A stretch of 12,412 nucleotides of DNA, taken from positions 1-12,412 of IMG/VR virus record IMGVR_UViG_3300017766_004476, one strand, 5' to 3'. Below, piece by piece: positions 6,419 through 12,412 of this stretch (within the stretch, counting starts at the first letter, position 1; the number at the start of each line of letters is the position of its first letter). The notes under the pieces are model-generated. The model had not been told where the DNA came from and ran no database searches. It was given only the letters and a program-made list of their open reading frames with translations. The DNA is from a virus. Taxonomy: Duplodnaviria; Heunggongvirae; Uroviricota; Caudoviricetes. The position numbers and the translations under genes were made by a program.

Positions 6419-8533
6419 TTATAATTCACATTTACCACCAGCGCATGCTGCAGACTCCATGATTTTTGTTTCATCGGTACTCTCTTCGAGCTGTGTAAAG
6501 TCAACAGAAGTATACTTTGCTATAAGCTGGTTCCACTTAACATTATCTTCTTCTGTGGTAACTTCTTCACGCGGAGCTTGTACATACATCTTGTCACCCA
6601 TTTTTGAGATGAATGATACTGCGCAGAATAATGCTCGGTGATCATATACATATTGAGATACATTATCCCATTCATGGGTATCTACAATTATAGTACAACT
6701 GACATTATGCTCGAGACCTCTATGAGTATTATTAACAGTCTGAGAACCTGGTTTAACCCAATTCTCTTGGATGAGTTTAATATATTCGAGGTGCTTTAGT
6801 GCATCAAGATCTTTATTAACGATTGCATGTTCTGGTGCACAGAGCGGCCAGCTAATTACATCATCTGATTTATTAGCGCTCCAAACACTCTCTTCACACA
6901 TGTGATCATTCTGGATGTAGAAGAACTGATACGGATTATCAAGTTTATTACACTGAACCCTTCTGAAATACTTACGAGCATGATGTGGATGTGCACCCGA
7001 TCCAGACCCAAATATTAAACTCGTAGTACCTTCAGGCTTAACAGTTGTAATACGTGCAGCAGGATTAATTCCTAATTTTTGAGCCCATTCTTTATTCACT
7101 TCAATAGAATACTTAGCACCGCTTTGAAGTATCTCAGGCTTGAGAAGAATTTGAGGGTTATCAAATACTCCACAGATAGATACCCCTAAGAGAGCTTCCT
7201 CATTGGTTAACTGCTTACCGGTGTTACTTAAATAATTAAAGTTGGTGTAACCTGCTTGCAATGTACCAATAATAGTTGCATACTTAACACAATCATTAAA
7301 GATTTCCCGTGATACAATCTTTCTTCCGTTCATAGAAGTAAGATTACAGAATTGAACTCCGCAAATACCATCTGCTGTTATAGGTCTAAAACTAATCTCG
7401 AAACACGGATTAAACAATTGATCATCATAATCTGCCCAAACAAAGCCTGGCTCACCCCATTGCTTTGTCATCTCGAATACTGCTTTAAACTCTTCATATG
7501 TCGTCTTATTACGAAGTAAGAGAACACTGTTATTGCTCCGAGCTCTCTGAGGTTCAATTCTGTGCCAGCTAATTGTCTTAGTCTCTCTAAGAGCGCTATA
7601 TTCGTATTCTGAAAGAACTACATCATGCTTCTTTCCATCTACATATACAAATCCATGCCAATTAGAGCCCTCTTGTTCAAAGCGGAAGTAACGGGTAACC
7701 TTTAAATTAGATTTAGCAGACATCATCTCTAAATCATCCTTATCAAAGACTGTACTACATGCACTTCTTCTAATACCACCCGATAAGACTGCATCTGCAC
7801 AGTGCATTAAGATATCATATGCATTGATGGGGTGCATCCTACTTTGATGCTTGTTTTCAATAATGTGGTCGAGTAATGCTTTAATCTTAATATGAGCATT
7901 CTTGAGTCCTTCGTACCCCGGAGCCTTACCTCCTGCAGTCTTTAAAGGTGCACCCTTTTTACGAATCTTACTGTAGTCAAATATAACCTTACGTCCGGTA
8001 TATGCTGTATTCTTAAAGTAGCAGTTCAATAATGCTTCAATAGAATCAGACCATCCTTCAAGAGAGTCATCTACAGTATAAGTAATAACAGTACCACTCT
8101 TATCTTTAGGCCCTACTAAGTCGGGTAACCGATTAATGAATCTCTTTGTTAATCCAAACCCAACACCACACCCTGACATGAGCATGAAGAATGATTCTGA
8201 AAATGATCGAATGCTATCTATGTGACGCACTGCACAGTTAAACATGCGTGCAGGATTAACTTCAATTGCCTTACCTCCAAATTGGAGAGATCTCATTGAG
8301 GGTACGATAAATTTCCGCTTTACTAATTCAAATGCAGTACATACTTCCTTGACATCATAGGGAGTTAATTGTTCCTTATAATTCTTAAGATGCATGTCTC
8401 TAACTCTATCAACACACTCTTCCCATGTTTCTCTGCGCTTTAACTTATTATTGTACTTTGCATACTTGCTAACAAAGATAAAATCCGACAATTCATCCAA
8501 CATTTCTTCCCCTGTAAACGCCTTTTTATTCAT
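6419..8533 (-). CDS. nrdJ: Class II (adenosylcobalamin-dependent) monomeric ribonucleotide reductase (704 aa)
   Basis: RRETWEECVDRV, PSMRSLQFGG, FNCA, GCGVGF, GGIRRSA, NPCFEI, QFCNL, TTVKPEGTTSL, HNVSCT and C-terminal CAGGKC redox pair. Start moved from 8578 to MNKK at 8533, downstream of a TATAAATA. Confidence 0.93.
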   Translation of the reverse strand: MNKKAFTGEEMLDELSDFIFVSKYAKYNNKLKRRETWEECVDRVRDMHLKNYKEQLTPYDVKEVCTAFELVKRKFIVPSMRSLQFGGKAIEVNPARMFNCAVRHIDSIRSFSESFFMLMSGCGVGFGLTKRFINRLPDLVGPKDKSGTVITYTVDDSLEGWSDSIEALLNCYFKNTAYTGRKVIFDYSKIRKKGAPLKTAGGKAPGYEGLKNAHIKIKALLDHIIENKHQSRMHPINAYDILMHCADAVLSGGIRRSACSTVFDKDDLEMMSAKSNLKVTRYFRFEQEGSNWHGFVYVDGKKHDVVLSEYEYSALRETKTISWHRIEPQRARSNNSVLLLRNKTTYEEFKAVFEMTKQWGEPGFVWADYDDQLFNPCFEISFRPITADGICGVQFCNLTSMNGRKIVSREIFNDCVKYATIIGTLQAGYTNFNYLSNTGKQLTNEEALLGVSICGVFDNPQILLKPEILQSGAKYSIEVNKEWAQKLGINPAARITTVKPEGTTSLIFGSGSGAHPHHARKYFRRVQCNKLDNPYQFFYIQNDHMCEESVWSANKSDDVISWPLCAPEHAIVNKDLDALKHLEYIKLIQENWVKPGSQTVNNTHRGLEHNVSCTIIVDTHEWDNVSQYVYDHRALFCAVSFISKMGDKMYVQAPREEVTTEEDNVKWNQLIAKYTSVDFTQLEESTDETKIMESAACAGGKCEL

Positions 8534-8550
8534 ATTCTTTTTTGTGAAAT

Positions 8551-8558
8551 TATTTATA
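8551..8558 (-). promoter_or_regulatory. T4-type late promoter upstream of nrdJ
   Basis: Exact TATAAATA, 17 nt upstream of the ATG at 8533. Confidence 0.6.
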
Positions 8559-8599
8559 TGATAACCCCGCAATAACACTAGTGGTTGAATTAAGAAAAA

Positions 8600-9160
8600 T
8601 TATTCGAAATCAAGAAGTTCTTGAAGGGGATTGGATATGATAAACAGTTTCCAAACGGGGTATGTATAGAGGAGTGTCAAGTCATTGCATCGTGAATAAG
8701 ACCCGTTTAGATCAAAGTCTCGCAAGAAAGAACATAGTTCTAAAGCGGTTGGTGTAATATCAATTGGATAGAGTCCATCTGCAATATATCCAAACGATTC
8801 TTTACATTCGAGCCCCCAGTCGTCCAAATATTTTTTATATGCTGTAGTGAATTTCTTCTTAGTACAGATGTATTTAAAGAAGGTACTTTCTATCTGAGAA
8901 AAGCCTTTTACGAATGGTATATATTTTTCATCTGGGTGAAGAATAAAACCATACAATAAATTTAAAGTTGCCTGTTCATCAACATATGTGAAGTGAGAGT
9001 ATCTACTCGGAACTAACCCTTGCTGAGGATTTATATGGGCTTTATACTCATCAAATTTATTGTTGATGATAAAACCGAAAAAAATACCTGAGTTAAAGGC
9101 TCCAGGAAGAAGGGGGTATGAATGTTCTGGTGGAATCTCTTTATACTCTAAAATGCTCAT
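8600..9160 (-). CDS. Hypothetical protein (186 aa)
   Basis: Fills the gap in the minus-strand block; TATAAT lies 6 nt upstream of the ATG. No family recognised. Confidence 0.7.
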   Translation of the reverse strand: MSILEYKEIPPEHSYPLLPGAFNSGIFFGFIINNKFDEYKAHINPQQGLVPSRYSHFTYVDEQATLNLLYGFILHPDEKYIPFVKGFSQIESTFFKYICTKKKFTTAYKKYLDDWGLECKESFGYIADGLYPIDITPTALELCSFLRDFDLNGSYSRCNDLTLLYTYPVWKLFIISNPLQELLDFE

Positions 9161-9169
9161 ACGAGCATT
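9152..9169. repeat. Short inverted repeat over the start of the 186-aa gene
   Basis: AATGCTC-ATAC-GAGCATT (7-bp arms, 4-nt loop) covers the ATG and part of the TATAAT box. Confidence 0.5.
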
Positions 9170-9175
9170 ATATAC

Positions 9176-9496
9176 TTACTTTTTAGAAGTAAAGTGTTGA
9201 ATTATCAGATGAGTGAGTTTATCTAACTTCTCATTCATACTGTTAACTTCTTCTCGAACTTGGATGATGTTATTATCAGTATTAGCCTTATAGGACTCTA
9301 ATAATTCAATTTTAGCATCAGTGCGGATTAATCCTTCCTTTACTTTACTTACCTCTGCTTTGAGTGATTCAACTACAGGCTGCCAGGTCGTGTCAACCTT
9401 TTTGTATATTCTTACAATAGCCAGAGCACTTCCGCATATTGCACACACGGTACCTACCAATGCTATTGCTGCTCCGATGTCTAGTGAAAGTTCCAT
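9176..9496 (-). CDS. Small membrane protein (N-terminal TM helix plus coiled coil), possibly holin-like
   Basis: Hydrophobic IGAAIALVGTVCAICGSALAIV followed by RIYKK and a heptad-rich tail; ATTAAATA late-like motif 7 nt upstream. The holin role is a guess. Confidence 0.6.
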   Translation of the reverse strand: MELSLDIGAAIALVGTVCAICGSALAIVRIYKKVDTTWQPVVESLKAEVSKVKEGLIRTDAKIELLESYKANTDNNIIQVREEVNSMNEKLDKLTHLIIQHFTSKK

Positions 9497-9503
9497 ACAA
9501 AAT

Positions 9504-9511
9504 TATTTAAT
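9504..9511 (-). promoter_or_regulatory. Degenerate late promoter
   Basis: ATTAAATA (core TAAATA), 7 nt upstream of the ATG at 9496. Confidence 0.4.
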
Positions 9512-9519
9512 CAAGCTGA

Positions 9520-9753
9520 CTAGATAATACTCGAGCTCAATAAATTTCCTGAAGGTAATTTGTATGTATAGAGATACTGTTTAGTATCGAACTCATTCTT
9601 ACGTATAACTATAGATGCAGTATTACCACTTACCGTAGGTCCGCTTATGGTAATTCCTGTGTGGTAAATACTTCCTACTGTATTACCAGTACCTGCATCT
9701 ATGATAAGAAATGAGTTCTTATTGCGTTGTACAACTGTATATATTTTAGACAT
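9520..9753 (-). CDS. Hypothetical beta-rich protein (77 aa), probably late
   Basis: 8-nt overlap with the upstream stop (ATGTCTAA) and an exact late promoter upstream. IIDAGTG and YKLPSG resemble propeller-blade turns. Confidence 0.65.
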   Translation of the reverse strand: MSKIYTVVQRNKNSFLIIDAGTGNTVGSIYHTGITISGPTVSGNTASIVIRKNEFDTKQYLYTYKLPSGNLLSSSII

Positions 9754-10114
9754 TCTTTAGTATATTTATAAATTTTTTAACTTCAATATCAGTCTCAAGA
9801 GCGATATTGTTCTGAATTGTATCAGGTTTGATTCGAAGATTATTAGTAGATTTTGAATTGCGGATGATATCTTGGATGATATCTGTAGAAACCTCACCGA
9901 GAGACGGGTCATCAATACTAAGCATTTCTCGGATCTGAGAGACTGTATAACCACCTTTAAGGAACGTTTTTGCTTCTTTGCAGATATATGTTGAATGTAA
10001 CGCTGCTTCTGATCCTGCCTTCTCAACCTTTGATGTGTAGTATTCCTTAGTTACTGTTAAAAGCCTACCAGTTACAATACACTTCAATGTGCGAGTCTTT
10101 TTTTCTTCTGACAT
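9746..10114 (-). CDS. Hypothetical protein (122 aa)
   Basis: First gene of the minus-strand block, with promoter motifs upstream. No family recognised. Confidence 0.7.
   Translation of the reverse strand: MSEEKKTRTLKCIVTGRLLTVTKEYYTSKVEKAGSEAALHSTYICKEAKTFLKGGYTVSQIREMLSIDDPSLGEVSTDIIQDIIRNSKSTNNLRIKPDTIQNNIALETDIEVKKFINILKNV
9763..9770 (-). promoter_or_regulatory. T4-type late promoter embedded in the upstream gene
   Basis: Exact TATAAATA, 9 nt upstream of the ATG at 9753. Confidence 0.55.
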
Positions 10115-10119
10115 AATAG

Positions 10120-10127
10120 TATTTAAT
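10120..10127 (-). promoter_or_regulatory. Degenerate late promoter
   Basis: ATTAAATA, 5 nt upstream of the ATG at 10114. Confidence 0.45.
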
Positions 10128-10135
10128 TTGTGTAA

Positions 10136-10176
10136 ATAATTATAATTGATTTAATTCAACAATCAATTACAATTAT
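10136..10176. promoter_or_regulatory. 16-bp inverted repeat forming a symmetric bidirectional sigma70-like promoter
   Basis: ATAATTATAATTGATT (10136-10151) and AATCAATTACAATTAT (10161-10176) pair at 15/16. Plus strand: TTGATT-N16-TACAAT. Minus strand: TTGATT-N16-TATAAT. Confidence 0.6.
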
Positions 10177-10180
10177 AGAT

Positions 10181-10435
10181 ATGATAGGGTCCATTGTTAC
10201 CATAGCTAAAGCAGCTATATATGTGTGTGAGATTATAGAAAAAGCCATAATTGAAATTAAGGTTTACCTACATCGGAGAATTAGAGAAGAACAGTTAAGA
10301 GAACTTCAAGAAAAGGAACGCTCTATAACTGGTGCCCTTTCTGGAGGTAGTATCGAAGATCTCAATAAATTAGTAGGGTATGATACTAAGACATTATCTG
10401 TATCTGGAACATGGACAGTACCTGTATCAGGATAA
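10181..10435 (+). CDS. Hypothetical protein (84 aa); weak i-spanin-like candidate
   Basis: Amphipathic/hydrophobic N-terminus and a charged helical segment, directly upstream of a lipoprotein gene. Confidence 0.55.
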   Translation: MIGSIVTIAKAAIYVCEIIEKAIIEIKVYLHRRIREEQLRELQEKERSITGALSGGSIEDLNKLVGYDTKTLSVSGTWTVPVSG

Positions 10436-10439
10436 ATTT

Positions 10440-10712
10440 ATGAAACGTATTTTTAATATAGTTCTCTTACTCTCAATGTGTTTTACACTAGGTTGCAAGA
10501 CTTGTCAACGGAGACATTTAGATAATGTCACTCCGATGCCCCCTGCACCTACCCAATTGTTCATATTTTCAAAGCCTCCTATTGTTGATAAAATTGTAAC
10601 TGTAGATGGAACAAACTATGTAGTCACTACAGAGTATATCAACAACACTATCCTTTACAAATATTACTTTGAAAAGGTAGAAGAGTGGAGAAAAAAGAAT
10701 CAGATTCCTTAA
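10440..10712 (+). CDS. Putative lipoprotein (90 aa), o-spanin-like
   Basis: Start moved from 10380 to 10440. MKR-IFNIVLLLSMCFTLG-C is a lipoprotein-type signal with Cys19, followed by a Pro-rich linker TPMPPAPT. Confidence 0.6.
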   Translation: MKRIFNIVLLLSMCFTLGCKTCQRRHLDNVTPMPPAPTQLFIFSKPPIVDKIVTVDGTNYVVTTEYINNTILYKYYFEKVEEWRKKNQIP

Positions 10713-11227
10713 ACTTCCCAGGGAAATTCAAGCCATACATCTTTGTGATATGTGACATTGTAGAAAAACGGGACGGTAAATTTTGCTCCTTTAAATTCCT
10801 TGTAATAGGGAGCAACAATAAAGATGTTTATCTTTCTAAGAAGTTTAAATTCTTCCTCTAATAAATTAACAACAGCATTCATTGTTTCTCCTGTGTCAAT
10901 TAATTCATCTACAATAATAATATTGTTCCCAGGTAGACTTATTAAATCGGAGGTAATATTATCTAGATGTTGCTTTATATTTCTCGGGTAATACTCAATT
11001 CCTTTTTGTTCTTCATTATCATAGCTCTTTACACCGATAGAATAGACATTTTTGATCTCTGCCTTATTTGCGAGGATTGTTGCAGGTACTAAACCCCCGC
11101 GACTCAATGCGATTATTGCCTTTGTATTAGAAAAAATGTTAGCTTGATATAATCGATGATAAATCTCTCTTACATGCTGATGCAGATTGTCCCATGTTAT
11201 CTTTTGCTTTTCTAGTTGAGTTGTCAT
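10709..11227 (-). CDS. gpt: Gpt-like purine phosphoribosyltransferase (type I PRTase)
   Basis: IIALSRGGLVPA, VKSYD, PRPP loop IIVDELIDTGET and terminal WLEFPWE closely parallel E. coli Gpt (SRGGLVP, IDDLVDTGGT, WIEQPWD). Confidence 0.85.
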   Translation of the reverse strand: MTTQLEKQKITWDNLHQHVREIYHRLYQANIFSNTKAIIALSRGGLVPATILANKAEIKNVYSIGVKSYDNEEQKGIEYYPRNIKQHLDNITSDLISLPGNNIIIVDELIDTGETMNAVVNLLEEEFKLLRKINIFIVAPYYKEFKGAKFTVPFFYNVTYHKDVWLEFPWEV

Positions 11228-11744
11228 AATTATGAAATGTTAAAATGTAATTATTTGTTGTAAATACTTCTGTTATTATTTTGTAAACCTTATCCCAATC
11301 ACCACCTGCATTGCGGCACCCCATATACTCCGGAAATGCAATCATTGGCAATACGACCCAATTTTTTGTATGCTCTTCAATATCATTTCGGATATTATTG
11401 AGACCGGTTCTCACTGCATAATAATCTAAATGAGCGCGGGTCCGCCCATACATATATTGACCATAGAGATTATAAACAACAATAGTCTTATTATTACTAC
11501 CGTTGACAAATGCTTTACTGAAGTCTCCTAATTTAGTCTCATCACCGTAATTAGTTTTCTTATCAGCCGCATATATCTGAGGCCATTGCTGCCGGAGCGA
11601 AAGAGCAACCCCAGCACCCATTGTATGGAAGCAATTACAGCAATGAATGATGAAGTCGCTGGGTGTGTCTAATATACTAGTATTGAGATGTAAGCACTTA
11701 TCACCTATCACCTTTATTCCAGTTATTGCAGTCAAATCTTGCAT
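11139..11744 (-). CDS. Macrodomain protein (ADP-ribose binding/hydrolase; phage Tk.4/Poa1p/DarG-like)
   Basis: IIHCCNCFHTMGAGVA (loop 1), NLYGQ and PEYMGCRNAGGDW (loop 2). Start uncertain (ATG 11744 or GTG 11711); the last ~29 codons overlap the PRTase gene. Confidence 0.85.
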   Translation of the reverse strand: MQDLTAITGIKVIGDKCLHLNTSILDTPSDFIIHCCNCFHTMGAGVALSLRQQWPQIYAADKKTNYGDETKLGDFSKAFVNGSNNKTIVVYNLYGQYMYGRTRAHLDYYAVRTGLNNIRNDIEEHTKNWVVLPMIAFPEYMGCRNAGGDWDKVYKIITEVFTTNNYILTFHNYDNSTRKAKDNMGQSASACKRDLSSIISS

Positions 11745-12411
11745 AGTTAGGGATTCCTAATCCTGTAAATCCATTATAAAATATAGTAACTGTTTTACCA
11801 ATATACTTCTGTTTATTATTTAGTACTTCTGTAAACTGTTCAACCTTACCTTTCATAGATGCTTTAAACTCTCTACCATCCTTCATCTGTAGAGAAATTT
11901 TACCAGCCATTCCAGAACGATCGCCCTTACCTTCGATAACATCAAGGATAAGAAATTCATCATCATCTTCCGGCTTCATCTTTAAGAGGTTAGAAGACCG
12001 CTTATGATCATAAACACTATTGTTGATTCTAACCATTGCTCCTTCATACCCATCTTCGACAAATGCATCATATAGCGCCCATACTTCATCCTCTGACTTT
12101 GCAATGTATGAAGGTACGATTTCAATGAAAGGAATACCTTTAAGATGCTCCTTAATTGCTGCCTGGCGAACTAAGTATTCAGATTGATCCGTAGTACCTC
12201 CGATGTTATATCCATCATAAACATAATACTTAACAACATCTTTCGCTTTAATTAGATCAAAGCTAGTAATATTAGCAGTTCTCCGAACAATAGACATCAG
12301 ATCGTTTAGATTGTATCTATAATCATGATTATAGAGCTCACCATCAACGACTGCATCAGGAAACTTTTTAAAGAATCCAGATTCACAGAGAGCATGATAA
12401 ATGTGAGGGCA
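11701..12411 (-). CDS. lig: ATP-dependent DNA ligase (T4 gp30-like), 5'-truncated by the window edge
   Basis: The frame is open upstream of the track's ATG at 12297 to the window end and includes motif III VVDGELYNH. Downstream: YYVYD, GYEGAMVR, KRSSNLLKMKP and an OB-fold tail. Confidence 0.92.
   Translation of the reverse strand, partial: CPHIYHALCESGFFKKFPDAVVDGELYNHDYRYNLNDLMSIVRRTANITSFDLIKAKDVVKYYVYDGYNIGGTTDQSEYLVRQAAIKEHLKGIPFIEIVPSYIAKSEDEVWALYDAFVEDGYEGAMVRINNSVYDHKRSSNLLKMKPEDDDEFLILDVIEGKGDRSGMAGKISLQMKDGREFKASMKGKVEQFTEVLNNKQKYIGKTVTIFYNGFTGLGIPNYARFDCNNWNKGDR
12316..12335. repeat. Perfect 20-bp palindrome within the ligase gene
   Basis: TCTATAATCATGATTATAGA is its own reverse complement. 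Confidence 0.85.
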
Positions 12412-12412
12412 G

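Noticed and set aside
6405-6641. ORF 6405-6641 (+)
   Set aside because: Antisense to the nrdJ C-terminus.
7553-7711. Intein or intron in nrdJ
   Set aside because: The insert is in frame, only about 50 aa, and has no His-Asn C-terminal splice motif or endonuclease motifs.
8534-8578. ORF-track N-terminal extension of nrdJ
   Set aside because: It spans the TATAAATA promoter and an A-rich leader; MNKK at 8533 is the more plausible start.
9321-10026. ORFs 9321-9527 (+) and 9766-10026 (-)
   Set aside because: Antisense or alternative-frame shadows of better-supported genes.
10380-10439. ORF-track start at 10380
   Set aside because: Overlaps the upstream gene; the ATG at 10440 gives a clean lipoprotein signal peptide.
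12295-12297. ATG at 12297 as the ligase start
   Set aside because: The frame is open to the window edge and motif III (DGEL) lies upstream; the gene is truncated by the window.
1-12412. Stop-codon reassignment, tRNAs, CRISPR arrays, transposases
   Set aside because: Conserved genes are intact under the standard code and end in TAA, TAG and TGA. No intergenic space or repeat-spacer pattern, and no transposase motifs seen.

Overview
A gene-dense, AT-rich fragment of a large T4-like (contractile-tailed) dsDNA phage genome, read in the standard genetic code. The left part carries a probable DNA guanine-hypermodification cassette on the minus strand: a TGT-fold DpdA-like transglycosylase, an unknown 142-aa ORF and a PurN-like formyltransferase (DpdN-like). 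This points to formyl-preQ1-type 7-deazaguanine in the DNA. Left of this are a late gene with a T4-type capsid-targeting N-terminus and possible ADP-ribosyltransferase motifs, and a partial P-loop kinase-like gene at the window edge that the ORF track missed. The middle has a gp5-like baseplate spike (OB fold, two CxxC motifs, HxH tip, no lysozyme domain seen), a dCMP deaminase and a monomeric class II ribonucleotide reductase (NrdJ). The right part has small unknown or membrane genes (holin-like, possible spanin pair), a Gpt-like phosphoribosyltransferase, a macrodomain protein and a partial ATP-dependent DNA ligase. Two promoter classes are visible: sigma70-like and T4-late TATAAATA, most placed so that mRNAs would be leaderless or nearly so. 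All functional calls come from motif recognition by eye; no database search was run.
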